Source: Longimicrobiales bacterium (lineage in GTDB: Bacteria > Gemmatimonadota > Gemmatimonadetes > Longimicrobiales > RSA9). From it: 64,000 bases of DNA. The position numbers and the translations under genes are program-made. The DNA lies in assembly GCA_035715725.1 (NCBI GenBank), contig DASTKT010000096.1, forward strand, positions 421 to 64,420. Reading direction: 5' to 3'. The notes beneath the pieces were generated by a model that saw only the letters and a program-made list of their open reading frames with translations, was not told the DNA's origin and did not search any database. Position 1 is the first letter of the stretch, and each line of letters opens with the position of its first letter. Of this stretch, positions 46,436-56,038 are shown piece after piece.

Positions 46436-46965
46436 ACTCGGAGGCGGGGATCCTCGCCATCTTCGGCGAGCTGGACGCCACGGTCACGGCGATCGAGCGC
46501 CTGCGGGCGGGGAAGATCCGGGGAATCACGGTCTTCACGCCGGTGCCGCGCCACGAGCTGGACCACGCGCTGCACGAGCCGGAGAGCCCGGTCCGCATCT
46601 TCACGCTGGTGGGCGGGCTCACGGGCGCGGCGTCGGGCTTCGCGCTGGCGACGTGGACGTCGGTGGATTGGCCGCTGATCACGGGGGGCAAGCCGATCAT
46701 CTCGCTGCCGCCGTTCGTGATCATCGCGTTCGAGCTGACGATCCTGTTCGGTGCGCTCTCGACGGTGGCGGGGCTGTTCATCAACGCCCGGCTGCCGCGG
46801 GTGCGGCACGAGGTGGTCTACGACCCGGCGTTCTCGGCCGGAAAGTTCGGGGTCCATGTGGTGGCACCGCCGGGGCGCGAGAACGAGGTGAAGAACATCC
46901 TGCGGGAGAGCGGCGCCGAGGAGATCCGCGAGCGCCCGACGGAGGTGCGAGTTGGAACCACGTGA
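46432..46965 (+). CDS. actD: Alternative complex III subunit ActD (DUF3341-like)
   Basis: ATGA overlap with the actC stop. 177 aa. MNSEAGILAIFGELDATVTAIERLR and two TM segments. Confidence 0.8.
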   Translation: MNSEAGILAIFGELDATVTAIERLRAGKIRGITVFTPVPRHELDHALHEPESPVRIFTLVGGLTGAASGFALATWTSVDWPLITGGKPIISLPPFVIIAFELTILFGALSTVAGLFINARLPRVRHEVVYDPAFSAGKFGVHVVAPPGRENEVKNILRESGAEEIRERPTEVRVGTT

Positions 46966-46975
46966 GCGTGGGGTG

Positions 46976-47620
46976 ATGCGCGCGCTGGGGCGGACGGCCG
47001 GGAGCGCGGCCGTGGCGCTGCTCGCGCTGGGCGCCGGCGGGTGCACGGCGCTGGACAACGCGCTGGCGTCGGTGCCGTTCCTGTCGTTCATGCAGGCGTC
47101 ACCGGCGATCGGGCCGTACGAGAATCCGCGGCTGGGCGCGCCGGGCGCGGTGCCGTTCCGCTCGCCGGCCGGGGAGATCTTCCCGGGGCTGCAGCCGACG
47201 GAGGCGTCGCTACAGGCGTTCGCGGCGACGCACAGCAACCCGGTGCCGATGACGGACACCGCCGCGCTGGCCGCGGGGCAGGCGACCTTCCAGCGGTACT
47301 GCTTCGTGTGCCACGGACCGGCGGGGAAGGGGAACGGGCCGATCCTGAACAAGCCCGGCGAGATGGGCAAGTTCCCGTTCGCGCCGGACCTGACGCTGCC
47401 GATCACGGTCGCCCGGCCGGATGGCTACATCTTCGGGCTCATCACCGTCGGTCGCGGGCTCATGCCGGAATACGGCAGCAAGATCCCGGCGGCGCAGCGG
47501 TGGGAGGTCGTCAACTACGTGCGCCAGCTGCAGCGGCAGGCGGGCGCGGCGACCGCGCCGGCCGCCGGCGGGGCGCCCGCGGCGGCGCCGGCCCCGGCAC
47601 CGACCACGACTACGCGCTGA
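46976..47620 (+). CDS. actE: Alternative complex III subunit ActE (monoheme cytochrome c lipoprotein)
   Basis: ATG at 46976. Lipobox LALGAGGC. A single CFVCH heme motif, with a candidate Met ligand in the downstream GLMPEYG. Confidence 0.8.
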   Translation: MRALGRTAGSAAVALLALGAGGCTALDNALASVPFLSFMQASPAIGPYENPRLGAPGAVPFRSPAGEIFPGLQPTEASLQAFAATHSNPVPMTDTAALAAGQATFQRYCFVCHGPAGKGNGPILNKPGEMGKFPFAPDLTLPITVARPDGYIFGLITVGRGLMPEYGSKIPAAQRWEVVNYVRQLQRQAGAATAPAAGGAPAAAPAPAPTTTTR

Positions 47621-47630
47621 GGAAGCGATC

Positions 47631-48968
47631 ATGGCTGTCGATACAGGGGGCGTCTACGACGAGCTGCCGGTCCGACGCTTCGAGGGGATGCCTCGGACCG
47701 GGATGCTGCTCGGCGTCGCGCTGGTGATCCTCGGGGCGATCGCGGTCGTCGCGGGGCTGGTGGGCGATCCCGCGCGTGCGTGGCGGGCATATCTCGCCAA
47801 CTGGCTGTTCTTCACGAGCATCTCCGCCGGGGCCGTCATGTGGTCCGCGATCGTGATGATGGCGCGGGGCCTCTGGTCCCAGCCGGTCCGGCGCATCCAG
47901 CTCTCGTTCGTGGCGTTCCTGCCCGTTGCATGGCTGCTGTTCCTGCCGCTCCTGTTCGTGAGCGGCAAGTACATCTTTACGTGGAGCGCGGGCTTCGCCG
48001 GCGAGGTCGAGCACATCCCGGCGGGGAAGGCGCTCTGGCTGAACGTCCCGTTCGCGATCTCGCGCGACCTGCTGTTCTTCACGGCGTTCGTGGCGGTGGC
48101 GTTGGCCTTCGCGTACTGGTCGCTGCGGCCCGATCTGGGCGTCGTCAAGAACGGCGTGTCCGGCGGGGTGCGAGCGCTCTACGACCGGCTCACCCGCGAC
48201 TGGCGGGGCGCCGAGGCGGAGGAGGTGCGCGCCTCCCACAACTCGGCGACGCTCGCGCCGATCCTGGCGATCCTGTACGCGTTCGCGCTGACGATCATCG
48301 CGTTCGACTACGTGATGTCGCTCGAGCCGGAGTGGAAGAGCACGCTGATCGGCGGCTACTTCTTCGCGTGCGGGCTGCTGGGCGGCCTCTCGATCACCGC
48401 GGTGGCCGCGCTGGCGTTCCGGCGCGCGCTCGGCCTGCACGACGTCGTCCTGCCCGAGAACATGCACGACCTCGGGAAGCTGCACTTCGGCTTCAACGTC
48501 GTCTGGGCGTACCTGTTCTGGGCGCAGTTCATCGTCATCTGGTACGGCCTCCTGCCGCCGGAGCAGAGCTTCGTGGTTCGGCGCTTCTCCGCGCCGTACA
48601 ACGGCATCGCCGTAACGGTGCTCTTCTGCCTGTTCGTGATCCCGTTCTTCGGCCTGCTGGGCGTGAAGCCGAAGAAGACGCCGGCGACGTTCGCGCTGTT
48701 CGCGTCCGTGACGCTGCTGGGCCTGTGGCTCGAGCGCTGGCTGCTCGTGTATCCGTCGTGGTACCACGGTGAGCTGGCGAACTACGTGCGGATCGGGTGG
48801 CAGGAGATCGGTACGTTCCTGGGCTTCGCGGGGCTGCTGCTGCTTTCGCTGCTGTACTTCGCGTCGCGCTTCCCGATGATCCAGCTCTGGCGGCCGATGG
48901 CGGAGTTGGAGCTGCTGGGCGATGTGGTGGAGAACCCGTCGGCCGGCGCGGCGTTCGACGAGCCCTAG
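47631..48968 (+). CDS. actF: Alternative complex III subunit ActF (second NrfD-like membrane subunit)
   Basis: Internal ATG of track ORF 47421..48968 with GAGGAA upstream. 445-aa polytopic protein. Confidence 0.85.
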   Translation: MAVDTGGVYDELPVRRFEGMPRTGMLLGVALVILGAIAVVAGLVGDPARAWRAYLANWLFFTSISAGAVMWSAIVMMARGLWSQPVRRIQLSFVAFLPVAWLLFLPLLFVSGKYIFTWSAGFAGEVEHIPAGKALWLNVPFAISRDLLFFTAFVAVALAFAYWSLRPDLGVVKNGVSGGVRALYDRLTRDWRGAEAEEVRASHNSATLAPILAILYAFALTIIAFDYVMSLEPEWKSTLIGGYFFACGLLGGLSITAVAALAFRRALGLHDVVLPENMHDLGKLHFGFNVVWAYLFWAQFIVIWYGLLPPEQSFVVRRFSAPYNGIAVTVLFCLFVIPFFGLLGVKPKKTPATFALFASVTLLGLWLERWLLVYPSWYHGELANYVRIGWQEIGTFLGFAGLLLLSLLYFASRFPMIQLWRPMAELELLGDVVENPSAGAAFDEP

Positions 48969-49699
48969 CCGCGACGCTGCACGCGATCGAGGTGCTTGAC
49001 GACCTCGATCGCCATGGCCCGGAAGAGCTTCGCCTCGCGGGCATCCAGCCCGGCCCGGCGCGCCGCCGCACGAACGGTGCGGAGAATGGCCGCCGGGTTG
49101 CGCTTTTTGAAGAAGTCGACGGCGGCGAGGGCGGTCTCGATGTCGCCGAACATCTCCTGGAGCTGCACGGGCGAGGCGGGGGGCGCGGTGCGGCGCGGGC
49201 GGGGGAGCGGCGCGGCGGTGGTGGCGGCCATGCGCAGCTCGTAGCAGACGAGCAGCACGGCCTGTGCGAGGTTGAGCGAGGAGGCCTGCGGGTCGGTCGG
49301 GATGGTGACGAGCCGATCGCAGAGGTCGAGGTCCTCGTTCGCGAGTCCCTTGTCCTCCCGGCCGAAGACGAGGGCGACGGTCCCGTGGGTCGTGGCGGCG
49401 AGGATCTCCGGCGCCGCGTCCCGCGGCGTCTGCCAGACGTAGGCGGCCTCGCGCCGGCGGGCGGTGGTGCCGACGACGTGGGCGGCATCGGCGAGGGCTT
49501 CGCCGAGCGTGTCGAAGAACCCGACGCGCTCGAGCATCTCCTCGGAGCCGTGCGCGATCCCGGCGATGCGGTAGGCGTCGAACTCGGCGGGCCGGACGAG
49601 CCGCAGGCGGGAGAGGCCCATATTGCGCATGGCGCGGACGGTTCCGGCAATGTTCACCAGGTCCTGCGGCTCCTTGAGCACGACGACGATCGCCGGCAT
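48965..49699 (-). CDS. SpoU/TrmH-class RNA 2'-O-methyltransferase (TrmJ-like)
   Basis: C-terminal 244 codons of track ORF 48965..50767. Contains IVVVLKEPQDLVNIAGTVRAMRNMGL, LVFGREDKGL and SLNLAQAVLLVCYEL. Confidence 0.8.
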   Translation of the reverse strand: MPAIVVVLKEPQDLVNIAGTVRAMRNMGLSRLRLVRPAEFDAYRIAGIAHGSEEMLERVGFFDTLGEALADAAHVVGTTARRREAAYVWQTPRDAAPEILAATTHGTVALVFGREDKGLANEDLDLCDRLVTIPTDPQASSLNLAQAVLLVCYELRMAATTAAPLPRPRRTAPPASPVQLQEMFGDIETALAAVDFFKKRNPAAILRTVRAAARRAGLDAREAKLFRAMAIEVVKHLDRVQRRG

Positions 49700-49867
49700 G
49701 GCCGCCTCGGGCGGCCCGGCGGCATCTTGAATGAACGGTTCCGTCATGGGCGGAAGGTGCGGGGGGTGGCCGGGGCCGTCAAGGCGACCCGCGCGGAGGC
49801 GGGCGACATCTCGAAACGGGGCCGGGACCGCGGAGACGCGGCCGTGCCTGGCTGGAGAGGAGGAAGC

Positions 49868-50815
49868 ATGGCGGCGTTCACCCCGACGGAGTGGATCTGG
49901 CGCGACGGCGAGTGGGTCCGCTGGGAGCAGGCGACGATCCACGTGCTGAGCCACGTGGTCCATTACGGGTCCGCGATCTTCGAGGGCATCCGGTGCTACG
50001 GCACGCCCGAGGGCCCGGCGATCTTCCGGCTGCAGGACCATGTCCGGCGCTTCGCGGATTCCGCGAAGATCTACCGGATGGAGGTGCCGGACGCGGCCAC
50101 GATGATGGCGGCGTGCAAGGAGGTGGTCGTCCGCAACGAGCTGGACACCTGCTACCTCCGCCCGATCGCGCTTCGCGGCTATGGCGCTCCGGGCGTGAAC
50201 CCGCTCAACTCGCCGGTGGAGACGTTCGTGATCTGCTGGCCGTGGGGCGCATACCTGGGCGACGAGGGGCTGAACCGGGGCGTGGATGCCTGCGTGGCGA
50301 GCTGGCAGCGGCCCTACCCGAACACCTATCCGGCGGTGGCGAAGGCGGGCGGCAACTACCTGAACGGCCAGCTCCTGAAGATGGAAGCGCAGATCAACGG
50401 GTACGCCGAAGGGATCGCGCTCGGGCCGGGCGGGCTGGTGAGCGAAGGGAGCGGGCAGAACGTCTTCCTCGTGCGCGACGGCGTCCTCATCACGCCCGCG
50501 GTGGACGGCACGTTCCTGCACGGCATCACGCGGGACGCGGTGATCACGCTGGCGCACGACCTCGACATCCCGGTGCGGGAGGATGCGGTCCCGCGCGAGA
50601 TGCTGTACGTGGCGGACGAGGCATTCTTCGCCGGCACGGCGGTCGAGATCACGCCGATCCGGAGCGTCGACCGGATCCCCGTGGGTGACGGCACGGTCGG
50701 GCCGATCACGCGCCGGTTGCAGGAGCGCTTCCTGGGCGTGGCCCGCGGCACCGTCCCGGACCTGCACGGCTGGCTCACGCCGGTGCGCGAGGCGCGCGCG
50801 CCGGCGGGCGTCTAG
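49868..50815 (+). CDS. ilvE: Branched-chain amino acid aminotransferase
   Basis: Internal ATG of track ORF 48797..50815 with GGAGAGGAGGAAG upstream. Contains HVLSHVVHYGSAIFEGIRCY, AKAGGNYLNG and ADEAFFAGTAVEITPI. Confidence 0.9.
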   Translation: MAAFTPTEWIWRDGEWVRWEQATIHVLSHVVHYGSAIFEGIRCYGTPEGPAIFRLQDHVRRFADSAKIYRMEVPDAATMMAACKEVVVRNELDTCYLRPIALRGYGAPGVNPLNSPVETFVICWPWGAYLGDEGLNRGVDACVASWQRPYPNTYPAVAKAGGNYLNGQLLKMEAQINGYAEGIALGPGGLVSEGSGQNVFLVRDGVLITPAVDGTFLHGITRDAVITLAHDLDIPVREDAVPREMLYVADEAFFAGTAVEITPIRSVDRIPVGDGTVGPITRRLQERFLGVARGTVPDLHGWLTPVREARAPAGV

Positions 50816-50837
50816 GTGCGGCGCGGCGGCGGGGCCC

Positions 50838-52088
50838 TCAGCCCGGGCCCGCCGCCCCCTCGTTCCGGACGAGCAGCGGCAGGGCGAGCGCCGCGACGAG
50901 GGCCAGGCCCGCCCCCGTCAGGAACGCGGCCTCCGGGCCGAGATGCTGCCAGATCTCGCCGAACAGCAGGCTCGCCGGCAGCGCCGCTATTCCCACGGCG
51001 AAGTGGTACGCGCCAAACGCCGTGCCCCGCGCTTCGGCCGGCGCGAGCCGCACGACGAGAAGCTTCTCCGGCGCCTCCGTCAGCCCGAAGTAGAGGCCGT
51101 AGAAGAGGAACAGCGCCCACGCCTGCCACGCTTCCGCGGCGAACGCGAAAGCCGCGTAGGTCGCCGCGTACGCCAGCCAGCCGCCGACGATCGCCCGGCG
51201 CGGCCCCACCCGGTCCGCCAGGTTCCCGCCCACCACGCTCCAGACCATCTTGCTCACGTGGAAGGCCGCCCAGAGGATCGGGATCAGGGCCATGGCGACG
51301 CCGAGCTGCTGCGCGCGGAGCAGCAGGAACGCGTCCGACGCGTTCCCCAGCGTGAAGAGCACGACGACCGCCATGTAGCGGCGGAACGTGCCACCGAGGT
51401 CGCGGATGCCGGCCTTCGCGGCCGGCGCGGCGCGCCGGTCCGCCGGCGGCGCCGCGCGCGGCTCCGGCGTCGAGCCGGGTTTCGCGCCGGCCGCGAGCGC
51501 CGGACTCTCCCGGACGCGCCATGCGAGGAGCGCGACGGCCACCAGGCCGGGGAGCGCCGCCAGCGCGAAGACCAGCCGCAGGCGCCCCGGTAGGAGGAGC
51601 AGCAGCGCCGACGCGAGCAGCGGCCCGACGACGGCGCCGGCATGGTCCGCCGCGCGGTGGATCCCGAACGCTGCTCCGCGCCTCGCCGGCACGACCGACT
51701 CGGCCAGCAGCGCATCCCGCGGCGCCGTGCGCACGCCCTTCCCGACCCGGTCCGCGAAGCGGATGATCAGTACCTGCCACGCCGCGCGTGCCACCGCGAT
51801 GAACGGCCGGGCCAGCGTCGCGATGGTGTAGCCCCACACCGCGAGCGCCTTGCGCTTCCCCACCCGGTCCGAGATCCAGCCGCTGGCGAGCTTGACGAGG
51901 CTCGCCGTCGCCTCGGCGACGCCCTCGATCAACCCGAGGAACGCCGGGCCGGCGCCGAGCTGGAGGATGAACGCGGGGAGCAGCGGATAGATCATCTCGC
52001 TGGCGGCGTCGTTCAGGAACGAAACGACGCTGAGCCACAGGACGTTGCCGCGCAGCAGCTCGCGGCTCGGGGAGCGGTTCGCGGCCAT
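50838..52088 (-). CDS. MFS transporter
   Basis: Track ORF 50838..52160. I prefer the ATG at 52088. Contains WLSVVSFLNDAASEMIYPLLPAFIL and about 12 hydrophobic segments. Confidence 0.8.
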   Translation of the reverse strand: MAANRSPSRELLRGNVLWLSVVSFLNDAASEMIYPLLPAFILQLGAGPAFLGLIEGVAEATASLVKLASGWISDRVGKRKALAVWGYTIATLARPFIAVARAAWQVLIIRFADRVGKGVRTAPRDALLAESVVPARRGAAFGIHRAADHAGAVVGPLLASALLLLLPGRLRLVFALAALPGLVAVALLAWRVRESPALAAGAKPGSTPEPRAAPPADRRAAPAAKAGIRDLGGTFRRYMAVVVLFTLGNASDAFLLLRAQQLGVAMALIPILWAAFHVSKMVWSVVGGNLADRVGPRRAIVGGWLAYAATYAAFAFAAEAWQAWALFLFYGLYFGLTEAPEKLLVVRLAPAEARGTAFGAYHFAVGIAALPASLLFGEIWQHLGPEAAFLTGAGLALVAALALPLLVRNEGAAGPG

Positions 52089-52265
52089 CAGCGCGAAGGT
52101 GGCGCGGGGGTGTGGAGCGGGCGACCTTCGGATGGGGGCAAATGGCTGATTTGTAAGCACTTCGGGCCAGCGTCAACCGGGCGCGATACTTGCCACTCTC
52201 GCCTTCCGCCGGGAGCGGGCAGGACGCCCGAGCCCGCTGGTGCGGCCGCGGATCCGGGAGGAGCT

Positions 52266-52715
52266 ATGCGGCGGTTGACGATAGAGGCGGTGGTGGCGGT
52301 CATGGCGCTGGCTCTGCCCGGAACGATACGGGCGCAGGCCCCGTCTGACGAGATCCCGGTCTGCCGGGCGACGTTGAATGGCACGGAGCTGACGACCCTG
52401 GTCCAATTTCGCGACGGTTACACGGTCGAAGGGCCGTGGCACGTGACGACGCCGCAAGCGGCGTCGCTCGAGGACGGCGGAGCGGGGATCGCGTTCGGCG
52501 CCACGCTCGACCGGATCGTGGAGGTCGATCCGGTGAGCGGGAAGCGGGAGGCGACGCCGTTTCCGAGCCCTCTCGAGGTCACGTTCGAGGGTCACGACCG
52601 CGACGAGCTCATCTCGCGTGCGGCGCAGGTCTGGTGCCTGAGCGTCTGGAAGGCACGGCAGGAGTCGCCGAAACCGGTGCTGAGCGACCGCTCCCTGTCG
52701 AAGACCACGCTGTAG
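52266..52715 (+). CDS. Hypothetical secreted protein
   Basis: Internal ATG of track ORF 51642..52715 with GGAGGAG upstream. Signal peptide ends ALPGTIRAQA. Confidence 0.5.
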   Translation: MRRLTIEAVVAVMALALPGTIRAQAPSDEIPVCRATLNGTELTTLVQFRDGYTVEGPWHVTTPQAASLEDGGAGIAFGATLDRIVEVDPVSGKREATPFPSPLEVTFEGHDRDELISRAAQVWCLSVWKARQESPKPVLSDRSLSKTTL

Positions 52716-52818
52716 CGCGCGAGGAGCGGGGATAGTAGGCGAACGAGGAAGGGCGGGGTAGAGGTGGGGCGCCCCGGGGCCGCTGTCGGCGGTCCCGGGG
52801 CGCCACTACTTTGGGCCC

Positions 52819-54849
52819 ATGTCCTCAACTTCTGGGCTGAGCGCGCGGGCCCGCCGCGTTCTCCTGGCCGCGGCCGAGGCGCTGGCGGGCGGGCCGGCCG
52901 GGGAGGAGGTCGCCCGGGCGGCGGAGGCGTTGGTCCGGCGGCTGCCCGCGGCGGACCGGCGCCAGCTGGGCGTGCTCCTCGAGGCGGTCCGGCTGGCGCC
53001 GCTGGCGCACGGCCGGCTCGCGACGTTCCCGGCGTTGTCGCCGGCGGACCGGGAGGTGGTGCTCCGGAGTTGGGCGGAGAGCGCCGTCCCCATGTTGAGG
53101 CAGGGCGCAACGGCGCTGCGCGCGCTGGCACTGCTGGCGTACTACGGGCGCGAGGAGGAGGGCGCGGAGCTCGGCTACGACGGGCCGTGGCTGGGGCGGG
53201 TGCCCGTGGCGGTGCTGCCGGCGCCGCCGCTGAGCCCGGCGGGCGTGGCGGGGCGGCCGATGCCGGCGGGACGCGGGCGGGGTGGCGCCGAGGCTGCGCC
53301 GGGGGGCCCTGCTCCGGCGCGGGCCGGCCTGGCGGCCGGCGTGCACGCCGCCGGGCGGTACCCGGCGGATCTGCGGCTGCGCGCCGAGGTGTGCGTCATC
53401 GGCACGGGCGCCGGCGGCGCGGCGGCGCTGGCGCGCCTGGCCGGCGCGCGCGACGTCGTCGCCGTTGAGGCCGGTTCACATGCGCAGGCCCGCGACTTCA
53501 CGCAGCGCGAGCTGGAGATGCTCGCGCTGCTGTACCAGGAGGCGGGGCTCCGGGCCACGGCCGACAAGGCCATCGGCATCCTTCAGGGGCGGGGCGTGGG
53601 CGGCTCGACGCTGCACAACACGGGGCTCGTCTACCCGACGCCGCGCGGGATCGCCGAGCGGTGGCGCCGGGAGCACGGCTTGCCACTGGACGACGCCGAC
53701 CTCGAGCGGCGCACGGCGGCCGTGCTCGAGACGCTCGCGGCCGTGCCGATCCCCGAGGCGCGCATCAACCCGAACAACGCGGTGGTGCGCCGCGGCGCGG
53801 AGGCGCTCGGCTGGCGCTACCGCGTGCCGCTCCACAACCGCGTGGAGTGCTCCGGCTGCGGCTACTGCATGCTGGGGTGCGCGTACAACCGGAAGAGCAA
53901 CGCGTCGCTGACGTACCTGCCGCGGGCCGTCGCGGCGGGCGCGCGCGTGCTGGCGGATGCGCGGGCGGTGCGCATCGAGGGCCGTGCCGGCGCGCGCCGG
54001 GTGGTGTGCGAGCGGCTGGACGGCGCGGGAAAGGTCGTCGGGCGGGCGGTCGTCGAGGCGCCCGTCGTGGTCGTGGCCGCCGGAGCGCTGGACACACCGG
54101 CGCTGCTGCGGCGGAGCAGGCTCGGCAACGGCCGCGTCGGCCGCGGGCTGCGGCTGCACCCCGCGGCGCTCGTGCACGCGGAGTTCGCCGAGCCGATCGA
54201 GGCCTGGCGCGGGCTGCCGCAGTCGGTGCTCGTCGAGGAGTTCGCGTCGTTCATGGACGATGGCTACGGCGGCTTCATCTTCATCCCGAGCGCCGGGAAC
54301 TGGCCGGGGCTGACGGCCGTGGCGGCCGCGGGAATGGGCGAGGCGCACCGGCGCCTGATGCGCCAGTTGCCGCGCATCGCCGCGGCGGCGGTGCTGTTGC
54401 ACGACGAGACGGAGGGGCGCGTCCGCGCCGCCGCCGACGGACGTCCGCTCGCCGAGTACTGGCCCGGCCGGCCCGATCTGGCGGAGCTGCGGCGGGGCAT
54501 CGAGGCGCTCGCCCGGCTGTACCTCGCCGCGGGCGCCGAGCGGGTGCACCTGCCGTTCGCCGCGGCGGCGCCGGTCGCCTCCGAGGCCGAGCTGCGCGCC
54601 GAGCTGTCGCGGCGCGTGGCCGCGCCGCACCGGCTGACGCTCAACTCCGTGCACCCGCAGGGGAGCTGCGCGCTGGGTGTGGACCCGCACCGCAGCGCGA
54701 CGGATCCGTACGGCGAGGTCCGGGGGGCGCCCGGCGTGTTCGTGGCGGACGCGTCGCTCTTCCCGACCTCGGTGGGTGTGCCGCCGCAGGTCTCCATCAT
54801 GATGCTGGCGGACGCGGTGGCCGAACGGGTGCTGGAGTCCGGCTCGTGA
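52819..54849 (+). CDS. GMC-family FAD oxidoreductase with a ~170-aa N-terminal extension resembling the gluconate 2-dehydrogenase small (subunit 3) family
   Basis: 676 aa. Contains VCVIGTGAGGAAAL, GRGVGGSTLHNTG, HPQGSCALG and FVADASLFPTSVG. The N-domain assignment is tentative. Confidence 0.75.
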   Translation: MSSTSGLSARARRVLLAAAEALAGGPAGEEVARAAEALVRRLPAADRRQLGVLLEAVRLAPLAHGRLATFPALSPADREVVLRSWAESAVPMLRQGATALRALALLAYYGREEEGAELGYDGPWLGRVPVAVLPAPPLSPAGVAGRPMPAGRGRGGAEAAPGGPAPARAGLAAGVHAAGRYPADLRLRAEVCVIGTGAGGAAALARLAGARDVVAVEAGSHAQARDFTQRELEMLALLYQEAGLRATADKAIGILQGRGVGGSTLHNTGLVYPTPRGIAERWRREHGLPLDDADLERRTAAVLETLAAVPIPEARINPNNAVVRRGAEALGWRYRVPLHNRVECSGCGYCMLGCAYNRKSNASLTYLPRAVAAGARVLADARAVRIEGRAGARRVVCERLDGAGKVVGRAVVEAPVVVVAAGALDTPALLRRSRLGNGRVGRGLRLHPAALVHAEFAEPIEAWRGLPQSVLVEEFASFMDDGYGGFIFIPSAGNWPGLTAVAAAGMGEAHRRLMRQLPRIAAAAVLLHDETEGRVRAAADGRPLAEYWPGRPDLAELRRGIEALARLYLAAGAERVHLPFAAAAPVASEAELRAELSRRVAAPHRLTLNSVHPQGSCALGVDPHRSATDPYGEVRGAPGVFVADASLFPTSVGVPPQVSIMMLADAVAERVLESGS

Positions 54850-55895
54850 GCGGCGGCTCGGCGCTGTTCCGGCGGTTCCCCCGCCTGGAGGGGCGGATCG
54901 CGTGGACGCCGCTCGGCCGCTTCCCCACGCCGGTGCAGGAGCTTCCGGTCGGCGGCGGCCATGCCTGGATCAAGCGGGACGACCTCTCCGGCGAGGAGTA
55001 CGGCGGCAACAAGGTGCGCAAGCTGGAGTTCCTGCTGGCCGATGCGCGCCAGGCCGGCGCCTCGCGGCTGGTCACGGCCGGCGCCATGGGCTCGCACCAC
55101 GCGCTGGCCACCGCCGTCTACGCGCGGCGGCTCGGCCTCGAGGCGACGCTCGTGCTCTTCCCCCAGCCGCTGACGCCGCACGCGCGGCGGGTGCTCCTCA
55201 CGGACGTCGCCCTGGGCGCGGAGCTGCGCTTCACCCGGCGGATGGAGTTCGTCCCCGGCGCGCTGCTCGCCGCGCGCTGGGCGCACCGGCGGGAGGGCGC
55301 CTACGCCGTGGCGCCCGGCGGCTCCGACGCGCGGGGCACGCTGGGCTACGTCGCCGCGGCGCTCGAGCTGGCGGAGCAGGTGGCGGCCGGGGAGGCGCCG
55401 CGGCCGGAGGTGGTGCACGTCGCCGCCGGCACGCTGGGGACGGCGGCCGGGCTCGCGATCGGGCTCGCGCTGGCCGGCCTGGACACCACGGTCGCGGCGA
55501 CGCGCATCACCGGGCGCATCGTGACGAACGAGCGGACGCTGGCCCGGCTCGTCCGCGGCGCGCTCGCGCTGCTCGAGCCGGGCGGCGTGCGGCTGGATCC
55601 GGCCGAAGCGCTCCGCCGCGTCGAGCTCCGCCACGGCCAGATCGGCGCCGGCTACGGGCAGGAAACGGAGGCGGGCCGCCGGGCGACGTCGCTCTTCGAG
55701 GAGGTCGGGCTCCGCCTCGACCCGACGTACACGGCCAAGGCCGCGGCGGAACTCCTGGCGGACCCACCCGGGCCGGAGCGGCCCACGCTCTTCTGGCACA
55801 CGCTGAGCGCGACGGAGCCGGCGCTCCGGGCGCCGGAGGCGGAGCTCGAGGCGCGGCTCCCGGAACCGTTCCGCCGCTGGCTCCGCGGCGACTGA
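54846..55895 (+). CDS. PLP-dependent ACC deaminase / D-cysteine desulfhydrase family protein
   Basis: The GTG start overlaps the preceding TGA (GTGA). It is in frame with track ORF 53661..55895. Contains WIKRDDLSGEEYGGNKVRKLEFLL, including the PLP-lysine context. Confidence 0.8.
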   Translation: MSGGSALFRRFPRLEGRIAWTPLGRFPTPVQELPVGGGHAWIKRDDLSGEEYGGNKVRKLEFLLADARQAGASRLVTAGAMGSHHALATAVYARRLGLEATLVLFPQPLTPHARRVLLTDVALGAELRFTRRMEFVPGALLAARWAHRREGAYAVAPGGSDARGTLGYVAAALELAEQVAAGEAPRPEVVHVAAGTLGTAAGLAIGLALAGLDTTVAATRITGRIVTNERTLARLVRGALALLEPGGVRLDPAEALRRVELRHGQIGAGYGQETEAGRRATSLFEEVGLRLDPTYTAKAAAELLADPPGPERPTLFWHTLSATEPALRAPEAELEARLPEPFRRWLRGD

Positions 55896-56038
55896 GCCTT
55901 CCCCGGATGGCCGGATACTTGCGGCCGGCCGATGCCCGAAAACTCCCGGCGCGCGCGCGGCCGCCGCTCCCTCCGGACGGGAGCCTCGGCCGCGTTCGCG
56001 TGCCCGGACGGCTCGCCCCGCATCGACGGAGTCGGACC

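Noticed and set aside
52179-52194. Second sigma-54-like motif (GGCGCG-N4-cTTGCc) upstream of the secreted hypothetical gene at 52266
   Set aside because: The -24 element lacks the conserved A (GGCGCG is very common in this GC-rich DNA), so the match is too weak to call.
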